A stretch of DNA of 64,000 nucleotides, taken from positions 1,515-65,514 of the forward strand of contig CALXTN010000005.1 of NCBI GenBank assembly GCA_944391405.1, written 5' to 3'. Position numbers and translations under genes: made by a program. This document shows positions 49,227 to 59,909 of this stretch, piece by piece (within the stretch, counting starts at the first letter, position 1; each line of letters starts with the position of its first letter). This DNA is from an uncultured Alphaproteobacteria bacterium (GTDB lineage Bacteria > Pseudomonadota > Alphaproteobacteria > RF32 > CAG-239). The notes below the pieces were generated by a model, which saw only the letters and a list, made by a program, of their open reading frames with translations, was not told the DNA's origin and made no database searches.

Positions 49227-49928
49227 ATGAACCCTATTAGAATCGGCGGTATTGAGAAATTCAGTATCGTCGATTTTCCAACTAAGATGTCCGCTGTTGT
49301 CTTTATGCAGGGATGTCCGTGGCGTTGTCCGTTTTGCCATAATACGCATCTTCAAGATATTAATGCTGATACGAATATTGTATGGCAAAAGTTTGTTGAT
49401 TTTCTTCAACATAGAAAAGGAATGTTGGATGCCGTTGTGTTTTCTGGCGGGGAACCGTTGGTTCAGGACGGCCTAATTGATGCGATTGAAGAAGTTAAGG
49501 CGTGGGGATATAAAATTGGTTTACATACCGGAGGATATCGTCCCGATAGATTTGCTGAGGTTTTAAAGCATGTTGATTGGGTGGGGTTTGATGTAAAGGC
49601 TCCATTTGATAAAGAAAAATATAAAGTTGTTACTGGTGGGTGGGGCGATGTTGATAAAGTCTTGGATAGCTTAAAAAAACTTATTGCATCAGGTATCACT
49701 TTTGAATGTCGAACGACTTGTGATCCTCGTTTCTTAACAGTTGATGATCTATATCAGATTGCAGATACTCTTAAAAGTATGGGGGTAAAAGAGTATTATT
49801 TGCAAAAATATCGTAAGGTTCCTTCTGATACGGATACTACTGAAAGTCAATGTTTGGCTTTGGTTGAAAATGAAGATTTGTTAAAGCACTTAAAAGCAAA
49901 TTTTGAAATTTTTGATGTGCGAAAATGA
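49227..49928 (+). CDS. nrdG: Anaerobic ribonucleotide reductase activating protein (radical SAM)
   Basis: CPWRCPFC (C-x3-C-x2-C) radical-SAM motif; 233 aa from MNPIRIGG with RBS GAGGTGGG. Confidence 0.85.
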   Translation: MNPIRIGGIEKFSIVDFPTKMSAVVFMQGCPWRCPFCHNTHLQDINADTNIVWQKFVDFLQHRKGMLDAVVFSGGEPLVQDGLIDAIEEVKAWGYKIGLHTGGYRPDRFAEVLKHVDWVGFDVKAPFDKEKYKVVTGGWGDVDKVLDSLKKLIASGITFECRTTCDPRFLTVDDLYQIADTLKSMGVKEYYLQKYRKVPSDTDTTESQCLALVENEDLLKHLKANFEIFDVRK

Positions 49929-50101
49929 TTTTACATTCAACGAGAAAAGAAGAAGCTCTAGAAGCTTCTTCTTTCTTTGTATCTGTTTATAATAAACGGA
50001 AAATGGCAAAAAAATAGGGGATAACCTTGGAATTTTTGCAAAAATTACTTGGTTAAAATTGCAGAGGTGCTATATTGAATCGTGCTTAAAATTTATTATA
50101 A

Positions 50102-52555
<2,454 letters not shown>

Positions 52556-52583
52556 TTATATCCATTTAATCGAGATGAAATTG

Positions 52584-52610
52584 AGGGAAACCGTTAGGTT
52601 TCCCTTTTTG
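52584..52610 (+). terminator. Intrinsic terminator after gyrB
   Basis: GGGAAACC-gtta-GGTTTCCC followed by TTTTT. Confidence 0.6.
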
Positions 52611-52723
52611 TTTTCGGAGAATTGAATACGGATATTTAGATTTCCTTTATTAGGTTTTAGCGTGAGCAACGTTTTTAGGAGAAAATTGTTATTGTTTCGT
52701 TGTGTAGTTGAGTGAATTGATAT

Positions 52724-52766
52724 AAAAAAGAACCTCTCTTTTGAGAGGTTCTTTAATTTTTTAATA
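52724..52766. terminator. Bidirectional terminator hairpin
   Basis: GAACCTCTC-tttt-GAGAGGTTC flanked by A6 and T-rich runs. Confidence 0.5.
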
Positions 52767-53135
52767 CATTGAATATTTTATGGCGAAGTAAATAAGTGCC
52801 CAGACAATCATCATACAAATGATTGCTAATATTTTACTTTTTTCATACTCTTTATATGTATTCCACATGCCGACAATGCACACAATGCAGTATGTCAGAG
52901 TGCCAATAAATGCAGCAGAGTAGAAACATAGCCAAGTGAAAGCCGATGGATTCATGCTTAATAGAGATATGTTATTCAAAACAACTTGTAAAAATCTTGT
53001 GTCATAGCCAACAGATTGTTTTAAAAATATCATAAGTAATCTTGTTATAAAACTGGAGGCAATTAAGCCTAAAACAGAGAATTTCCAAAAGGCAACGGCT
53101 AGTGAATATTGTCCGTAAACAAATTTTCCAAACAT
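52761..53135 (-). CDS. Hypothetical membrane protein (4 TM)
   Basis: 124-aa hydrophobic ORF. Confidence 0.35.
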   Translation of the reverse strand: MFGKFVYGQYSLAVAFWKFSVLGLIASSFITRLLMIFLKQSVGYDTRFLQVVLNNISLLSMNPSAFTWLCFYSAAFIGTLTYCIVCIVGMWNTYKEYEKSKILAIICMMIVWALIYFAIKYSMY

Positions 53136-53200
53136 TATGTATCTCCTTGTTGTCGTTCTTATTTAGTTTTTAGTGTATTTCTTATTGTTTCGCAAGCTTT

Positions 53201-54919
53201 TTAGAAAAAATCTACAATGTTCTTGTATTTTTTCAATCCTAATTTTTTATGGGTATTGGCTATGTACTCATGCAAGTCATTCCATGTTGTATTTTCTTCT
53301 ATATATTGACGGGCTTTTTGAGGGGATTTGGATAATTGTATCTCAATTACTTGCGTTAATAAATCATACATGGCAGGGCTTACTTTGGCAAAGTCAATGT
53401 GGATTAATTTGTTTTCATCAAGAGTGATAGCTTTGTGTTGTAATAGAGTATTGAATTCTATTAAATCCACAATTTTGTATGTTTCTGTTGGAAATATTGG
53501 TTTTGCTCGTAATAGTAAGCGGAAAATCCATGTGGTATAAATTTCTTTTAATTCTTCTTCTGTGATGATGCCTTGTTTAACGTATTCTGGCATGAATGAA
53601 ATTGATACTGTATCCGCTTTGTTTTCTTCAATAATTGATTTGCAAATACCAGGGGCATTTTGATATTCGCTGTTCGGTCCTAAAGAGTGTCCGTTTTCAT
53701 GACCGATTACGAATAGATGGTCTGCTTCTAAGTTATAATATTTGTGGTAATCTGGATGTAAAAACGCATTTAGCATTTTTTGTGTTCTTTCCGGATCGTG
53801 ACTTTGTCTTACTTGACGATGGTATACGTTGCGTCTTCCTCCGCCGGTTTTGATTGATAATTTATCATTGTTGGGAAGGTTTTGGGCTACAGTCATGCCA
53901 CCACGACATTGTGCATAATCTCCGGTTAAGCTAATTAAATCAACATCAACCATGGTTTGTTTTAATTCAGTATTGGTGCTGATGGTTTGGGTGTATTGGC
54001 TGGCATGAGGCATTAAAGAACTTAATTTGGGCATCATGTTTTTGAATTTTAGGAGCAAATCTGTCCCCTTTTGGTTTACGATGCCAACACGAGCGCCTAG
54101 CATGTCTTTGGCAATGACTTCAATGTGCTTTTCAGCGATTAGTTGTGCCAATTCCGGATTTTCCAGAACGGTTGAGGTCATTTCATCATCATAATTTTCG
54201 CGACTTAATGTAAATTCTAGCGGTGTATCTTGCATCATAGCCCAATGTTTATCTGCAAGCATATCCATATCTTCGTTGTTTTGCAGTAAAGCTTGTGCTT
54301 GCCATGATAAATATTCTTTGAATAGGTTGTTAGTGCAATAATGAGCGGCGACTTCTAATTCATTGGCCATTTCTGAGAATTCTTGTTTGAAATATTCCGT
54401 ATAGTCAATCGCTTTTAATTCATCTTGTTCCCTTACAACCATAGTGCGTGCAGATAGAATTTGAGCTATTTCTTTGTCTTTTCCTTCTGCAAACATTTTT
54501 AATAAAATTTGGTGGAATTCGCTGACACTTAAATCTTGAGGATAGAAATTTTTTCCGGCAGGAGTTGTTAAACCTTTGAATATGGTAATTGGTTTCTCAT
54601 CAATGCCGTTCAGGCCACATACGCCGTTTAGAGAATTAAACATTTTTAAGGATAATGCTGCTTGTTCATCATTTGCAGCTTCTTTTTCAAGTGCTTTTTT
54701 TAATGAAATATTGTGCTGATTATCTTGTTGTAAGCTGACATTATTTAAAATTTTTGCAGCAGCTACTAAGTGTTGTAGTGCTTTTTTATCTCCTTCCTCT
54801 AGGGCTTGATATTGCACAGATTGCTCTGACAATAGGGTAATATCTGTCATTTCCTCTGTTGTCATTTTCTTGAGTTCATCAATGTTATAATTTAATTCAT
54901 AGCCATTATATGTTGTCAT
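53201..54919 (-). CDS. Zinc metallopeptidase, M49 (DPP III)-like, with HExxH pentapeptide and EENKAD second motif
   Basis: IGHENGHSLG followed 25 aa later by IEENKAD, resembling the M49 HExxGH...EExxAE pairing; 572 aa. Family assignment is tentative. Confidence 0.4.
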   Translation of the reverse strand: MTTYNGYELNYNIDELKKMTTEEMTDITLLSEQSVQYQALEEGDKKALQHLVAAAKILNNVSLQQDNQHNISLKKALEKEAANDEQAALSLKMFNSLNGVCGLNGIDEKPITIFKGLTTPAGKNFYPQDLSVSEFHQILLKMFAEGKDKEIAQILSARTMVVREQDELKAIDYTEYFKQEFSEMANELEVAAHYCTNNLFKEYLSWQAQALLQNNEDMDMLADKHWAMMQDTPLEFTLSRENYDDEMTSTVLENPELAQLIAEKHIEVIAKDMLGARVGIVNQKGTDLLLKFKNMMPKLSSLMPHASQYTQTISTNTELKQTMVDVDLISLTGDYAQCRGGMTVAQNLPNNDKLSIKTGGGRRNVYHRQVRQSHDPERTQKMLNAFLHPDYHKYYNLEADHLFVIGHENGHSLGPNSEYQNAPGICKSIIEENKADTVSISFMPEYVKQGIITEEELKEIYTTWIFRLLLRAKPIFPTETYKIVDLIEFNTLLQHKAITLDENKLIHIDFAKVSPAMYDLLTQVIEIQLSKSPQKARQYIEENTTWNDLHEYIANTHKKLGLKKYKNIVDFF

Positions 54920-56036
54920 TTAAGTTTATCTCCACTGTCTTAAATTTGTAGAATTTCATTTTAGGATTATGATAGTCAGGATTTATACCTGCTTGTTGTT
55001 TTATATAATGATAAATGTTTTCATCTTTGGCGTTTTCTTTTTTATATTTTTCTATTTCTTGAGGAAGTAAAATGTATTCACGTTGTTCAAAGCGAAATAA
55101 TAAGCCATCATTTGATAATATATTGTTCTGGTAAGGGATTTCTTGGAACGAAGTTAATAGGAATAATTTTTCTATTTTTTCTTGAGAGGTAAATTTGTGT
55201 AAACTTTTGCTAATGTTGTGAGCCAGAGATTTATTTGTATTTAAGGTGCAGATTTTTTTATTTGCAGAACATATACAAACAGCAGAATTTTTTAAAAGAA
55301 TATATTGAGCAGAAATTGGGTAATCTATTTTTGCATATGGGGTAGATGGAATGCGACTGAGAATTATATCTTTATGGTTTTCTATTAGTTTTTTTAGGTT
55401 TTCTTGTTCTTGCTCTTGTTGGTTTTGAGGTGAGGGGGAAAGTGGAGCAAAAAAATCTAAAAAAGTTTGAATTTCAGGTGTTATAACAAAGTCTTTTGGA
55501 TATGTGTAACTTATGGTATAAGGAATAAAATTTTTTGATTGAATTAGTTCTGGTATTTTATTTTCATCAGATACTACAATAAGTTGCGTTGATTTATTAT
55601 CTTGTTTTATTTGGGGAGAAAATATTTGTGCCAGTTTTAAAATCTTTTCAGAATCTGGGATTTCTGAGGAAATGTTGATTGTTGTTGCATTATTAGGTAT
55701 TAGGGAGAATGATTTTGCTAATGTAATCAGATTTTCTCTGCTGGAAAGATTGGAAATAAGAAAAATTATTTCTTCTTTTTTAGGGGTGCTCAGAATTGTT
55801 ATGGGGGTGGTTTGCGTATACCACTCTAGTGGTGTTGCTTGGAATTTATAGTTGATTAATTGTTTTTTTGTTTGATGCAAATTAATCGGAAATTGGATGA
55901 AATTGATTAAGATAATGAGTGTTATACTGATGATAAAAAGGATCCGTTTTATTTTTTTTTGACGTTCTTTCTTTTTATCTACGTACAGTAACATGGGAAA
56001 ATCTTTCGCTATTGTTTTTGCGGATGCAAGGCGCAT
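54906..56036 (-). CDS. Hypothetical single-pass membrane protein
   Basis: 376 aa; N-terminal basic stretch plus a TM helix; contains an A9 coding homopolymer at 55952..55960. Confidence 0.35.
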   Translation of the reverse strand: MRLASAKTIAKDFPMLLYVDKKKERQKKIKRILFIISITLIILINFIQFPINLHQTKKQLINYKFQATPLEWYTQTTPITILSTPKKEEIIFLISNLSSRENLITLAKSFSLIPNNATTINISSEIPDSEKILKLAQIFSPQIKQDNKSTQLIVVSDENKIPELIQSKNFIPYTISYTYPKDFVITPEIQTFLDFFAPLSPSPQNQQEQEQENLKKLIENHKDIILSRIPSTPYAKIDYPISAQYILLKNSAVCICSANKKICTLNTNKSLAHNISKSLHKFTSQEKIEKLFLLTSFQEIPYQNNILSNDGLLFRFEQREYILLPQEIEKYKKENAKDENIYHYIKQQAGINPDYHNPKMKFYKFKTVEINLNDNI

Positions 56037-56695
56037 CTTTTCATGTTTTCTTTAGATAACGTGATAATGGCATTTTCTAAGTCTTTAAGTATAGGTTCAC
56101 CTATTTCTTTGATTAAGGGTTTCTTTTTTAATGCCATTTTGTAGTATTCTCCGCCGTTTTCACATAATCCCCAATAGCGCACGTCTCCATCTTTGTATTG
56201 GTTGGCTTGGAGGTTGGCTTCTAATTTATCTAAAGCGGAAACAATTTTGGCTTCAAGAGTTTCTTTTTCCTCATACTCTTGGTATAAATCGTAAATCTTT
56301 TTATTTAATGGTATAGGAAGCTGTTTTTTTAGTTCTTTTATAGCTTGAGCTTCTTTATATTTTTTTTCTTCTTTTATGGCAGGATTAGCAATTTGATTTG
56401 CTGCTGTATAGTCGCCTACTTTTCCTTCTGCAATATCATGTACTAATGCCATTTCTAACATCTTTGTGTAGTCAACTTTACTCTTTAAGTAAGGGGTAAT
56501 TAACATAACTAAAAAGGAGAGTTTGAAAATATGCATTGCATCATTTTCGGTGGAACCTTCATATAAGAGTAAATCTCTTTTGACAACGCAGACCTCTTCT
56601 AATGCACGCATAAAATTGATGATTTTATCAATTCTTTTCATAACTCTCCTTTGTTTTTGTGGTTTATATTTATTTGTTTTTAGCGTTTTTACCAA
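56009..56695 (-). CDS. HD-domain hydrolase (YfbR-like 5'-deoxynucleotidase family)
   Basis: ALVHDIAEGKVGDY HD motif. Alternative start MKRIDKII at 56641 with RBS GGAGAG. Confidence 0.55.
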   Translation of the reverse strand: MVKTLKTNKYKPQKQRRVMKRIDKIINFMRALEEVCVVKRDLLLYEGSTENDAMHIFKLSFLVMLITPYLKSKVDYTKMLEMALVHDIAEGKVGDYTAANQIANPAIKEEKKYKEAQAIKELKKQLPIPLNKKIYDLYQEYEEKETLEAKIVSALDKLEANLQANQYKDGDVRYWGLCENGGEYYKMALKKKPLIKEIGEPILKDLENAIITLSKENMKRCALHPQKQ

Positions 56696-57965
56696 TAAAC
56701 TTTTTGCCGTTCATATAAGGTTGTAATTTTTCAGGAATACGTACGGTATGGTCAGCCTGTTGGTGATTTTCAATAAACGGTACCAATATACGTGGTGTGG
56801 CAATTCCGGTATTGTTTAAGGTATGAACAAACTTAACTTTACCGTCTTTGTTATCTCTGTATCTTAAGTTCGTGCGACGAGCTTGCCATTCTGTGATGTT
56901 TGAGCAAGAGTGGGTTTCTCTGTAGCAATTTTGAGAAGGTGTCCAAGCTTCTAAATCGTATTGGCGATATTTAGGTGCACCCATGTCACCAGTACATATT
57001 TCCAATACCTGATAGGGCAACTCTAAATCTTGCAGTACTTCTTCTGAAATGGCTAATAAGGTTTTGTGCCATTTTTCACTTTCAGCAATATCATTTTTAC
57101 AGATTACAAATTGTTCTGTTTTTAGGAATTGATGAACACGAACTAATCCTCTTGTATCTTTTCCGGCAGCTCCGGCTTCACGACGAAAACATGGAGAAAA
57201 TCCAGCATATAGTATTGGAAGGTCGTTTTCAGATAATATTTCATCTGCTCTTAAAGAGTTCAGCACAAGTTCTGCAGTACCTGATAGGTATAAGTCATCA
57301 GCTGGCATATAATATACTTCATCTTGGGAAAATGGCAGATATCCCATGCCATATAATGGTTTTTGTTTTGATAAAGATGGAACAGTAATGGTAGTAAAGC
57401 CGTGTTCGGTTAATTTATCTAATACCATCATATGCATAGCTAATTCCAAACGAGATAATTCGTTTTTAATAGCATATGTTCTGGCTCCAGATACTTTTGT
57501 AATGCGTTCTAGTTCAGACCAGTCGTTTAATTCCATTAATTCTACATGGTCTTTAGGTGTAAAATCAAATTTTGTTGGTTCACCAATGCGTCTGATTACA
57601 ACGTTGCCAGATTCATCTGGTCCGATAGGTGATTCAGGACATGGTAAATTTGGCATTCTCCACATAATGCTATCATATTTTTTTTGTTCTTCAGCCAGTA
57701 AATCTTGTTCTTTTTTTAATTCTTCACCGATTTCTTTACTTTTAGCAATAATTGCGGGGCGTTCCTCATTAGATGCGGATTTTATGGAGTTGCTTAATTT
57801 ATTTTTTTCTTCAGCTAGTGTTTGGGTAGATGTTTTTAGCTTATTCACGTCTTTGTGTAATGCGATTAAGCCATCTATATCAATTTGTTCTTTTGTATAG
57901 CCTTTTTTGGCTAAACCTTCTTTTACCGTCTCCGGATTTTCTATAATAAATTTTATATCCAACAT
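56670..57965 (-). CDS. serS: Serine--tRNA ligase
   Basis: N-terminal coiled-coil arm and class II motifs. Likely start MLDIKFIIENPE at 57965; the ORF-track start at 58061 is an upstream extension. Confidence 0.9.
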   Translation of the reverse strand: MLDIKFIIENPETVKEGLAKKGYTKEQIDIDGLIALHKDVNKLKTSTQTLAEEKNKLSNSIKSASNEERPAIIAKSKEIGEELKKEQDLLAEEQKKYDSIMWRMPNLPCPESPIGPDESGNVVIRRIGEPTKFDFTPKDHVELMELNDWSELERITKVSGARTYAIKNELSRLELAMHMMVLDKLTEHGFTTITVPSLSKQKPLYGMGYLPFSQDEVYYMPADDLYLSGTAELVLNSLRADEILSENDLPILYAGFSPCFRREAGAAGKDTRGLVRVHQFLKTEQFVICKNDIAESEKWHKTLLAISEEVLQDLELPYQVLEICTGDMGAPKYRQYDLEAWTPSQNCYRETHSCSNITEWQARRTNLRYRDNKDGKVKFVHTLNNTGIATPRILVPFIENHQQADHTVRIPEKLQPYMNGKKFIGKNAKNK

Positions 57966-58126
57966 CTTTGTGTTTCCTTTTACATAAATTATTGCAAAAT
58001 CTGGGGGTAGATTATCAAAATTTAAAATTAAAAACAATAGAAAATTAAAAGGCAAGCACAAAATGATAAAAAAGAGAAATTTGGCGATTGGTAAATTGGG
58101 TAAAAAATAAAGCTCACTATGGAGCT

Positions 58127-58567
58127 TTATTCATCTGAGTTATTCTTGTTTAAGATGTTTTCTCGGGCTTTGCGAGCTTTTTCGGCGAGAGTTTTTTGAG
58201 GCAGTGAGACCTCTTTGACGATGGAAGTTTGTGGTTGAGTTGGTTTTTTTTTTAATACTGCAGCATAGGCGTTAACAATTTCATTTTCAGCTTCTGGATT
58301 TTCATTGTATTTCATTTCACAGACATATAGTGTTTTTAAGTTTCTTATCTTTTCAATAGCTTCCGGTTGTAGACCTTCTATTAGAACTATTTCACTTTTG
58401 TTGCGTGTGATCTCTATTAATTTTTCTTTTTCTTTTAATTGAAAAGTAGGATTTAACGGTTTGTTTTCGCCAGCAAAAATCAAAACCATAATCTCTCCAT
58501 TGTCATTTTCTAAAAGTTCATAGATGTTTTGAGGTTCGAGTTGTGTTTTATTTGTGGTTTCTGTCAT
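58127..58567 (-). CDS. Hypothetical protein
   Basis: 146-aa acidic ORF; no recognisable domain. Confidence 0.3.
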   Translation of the reverse strand: MTETTNKTQLEPQNIYELLENDNGEIMVLIFAGENKPLNPTFQLKEKEKLIEITRNKSEIVLIEGLQPEAIEKIRNLKTLYVCEMKYNENPEAENEIVNAYAAVLKKKPTQPQTSIVKEVSLPQKTLAEKARKARENILNKNNSDE

Positions 58568-58733
58568 TCTAATTTCCTTGTTATATATCTTTTGGTTAAG
58601 TGTATATCGTAACTTCTTAAAAATCTGTTACATATTTTATTTTGTTTTATATTTTTTTAGTTGCATTCTAAAAAATATATGATATAAGGCTCTAAAATGT
58701 TTAACTGTTTAGAGTAGAAAAGAGGTGATTTAA

Positions 58734-58940
58734 GTGGTTCAAGTTACTGTTATCGGTAATGATGTAGCTCAGTCTTTGAAAATTTTGAAAAAGAAAATGC
58801 AACGCGAAGGTATTTTTCGTGAAATGAAGTTAAGACGTTGTCATGAGAAAAATTCAGAAAAGAAAGCTCGTCGCCAAGCTGAAGCTATTCGTAGAGCTAG
58901 AAAACAGTTGCGCAAGCGCTTAGATACTGAAGGTTTCTAA
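58734..58940 (+). CDS. rpsU: 30S ribosomal protein S21
   Basis: GTG start with [56 protein letters not shown] closely matches alphaproteobacterial S21. Confidence 0.85.
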   Translation: MVQVTVIGNDVAQSLKILKKKMQREGIFREMKLRRCHEKNSEKKARRQAEAIRRARKQLRKRLDTEGF

Positions 58941-58958
58941 TTTGACTGTTTTGTTTTG

Positions 58959-58989
58959 TGGGAATCCTTGATTAGGATTCCCTTTTTTG
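58959..58989 (+). terminator. Intrinsic terminator after rpsU
   Basis: GGGAATCC-ttgatta-GGATTCCC followed by TTTTTT. Confidence 0.6.
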
Positions 58990-59023
58990 TTGTTTGTTAC
59001 TGTTTGGGGAGGGAATATAGATA

Positions 59024-59848
59024 ATGTGTTTTGAAAAAGCTAAGGAGTGGTTGGTTGAAGAATATAAAGCATATTATCAAAAAGCTACAGAGCATGCTCG
59101 GCAGGTAATGGATGAAAAAATGAAACACTCATATCAAGTTTTGGGTGTTGGTAATTATTTACTGAAACATGAAAAAGCTTTTCAGAATTATAGTCTAGCG
59201 GAGATTCAACGGTTAAAGGCGACCGTTTTGTTGCACGATTTAGGTCGTTTTTATGAAGTATTTTTACATGAAGATGGGGGAAAGGTTGATCATGGTGTTT
59301 ATGGTGCTTCTTTGTTAGCTGAAAATCCTGATTTTAATCACATTGAGATAATTCTTCCTATAAGACATCATGGACATTTAATTGAAAAACTTTATGAAGA
59401 TGCTGATTATTTAGAATTATCAGCAGAGGATCGACTAGAAATTCAGAAAATCATTTATTTGGTGCGCGATGCTGATAAAATAGCTAATTTTTATCTTTTG
59501 TCGCGGCATTTTAGGGAAATAGAAAATGTATTTTTTCTAAAGTCTTTATTAGATTCTCAAACAAGAATACCTAGTGCAATGGTTTGGAGTGCTTTTATAA
59601 AGCATTCAGCAGTTGATGTTAAATGTGTTAAAAGTTTTGCAGATCAAGCTATTATGTATATGGCTTGTATATATGATTTAGCTTATAAATCTTCATTTGT
59701 GTTGCTAGATAGATTAAATATTTTACCTAAATTAGTTGATTGTTTTAAAAAATTTATAGCAGATGATTATATGAATATTTGCCAAAAGGAGTTGACCGAT
59801 TATCAAAAGGCTCAGTTAAGTGGACAAAAAAACTTTTTTGAGTTTTAA
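59024..59848 (+). CDS. HD-domain phosphohydrolase
   Basis: LLHDLGR...DHGVYGA...RDADKI motifs; 274 aa. Confidence 0.55.
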   Translation: MCFEKAKEWLVEEYKAYYQKATEHARQVMDEKMKHSYQVLGVGNYLLKHEKAFQNYSLAEIQRLKATVLLHDLGRFYEVFLHEDGGKVDHGVYGASLLAENPDFNHIEIILPIRHHGHLIEKLYEDADYLELSAEDRLEIQKIIYLVRDADKIANFYLLSRHFREIENVFFLKSLLDSQTRIPSAMVWSAFIKHSAVDVKCVKSFADQAIMYMACIYDLAYKSSFVLLDRLNILPKLVDCFKKFIADDYMNICQKELTDYQKAQLSGQKNFFEF

Positions 59849-59909
59849 GATGTTCTTAAGGCTTTTAGTGTATCTTTTAGATTATATAGATGTTAGTTTA
59901 GAGGGTAAA

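Noticed and set aside
55952-55960. A T9/A9 homopolymer inside the 54906..56036 CDS, considered as a possible phase-variation site
   Set aside because: It encodes a run of lysines in a basic N-terminal segment, and A/T runs of this length are common in AT-rich genomes. It is much weaker evidence than the G8 tract in the autotransporter.
57966-58061. A 32-aa N-terminal extension of serS in the ORF track (MCLPFNFLLF...)
   Set aside because: The SerS coiled-coil N-terminus begins at MLDIKFIIENPE (ATG 57965). The extension is hydrophobic and not found in SerS.
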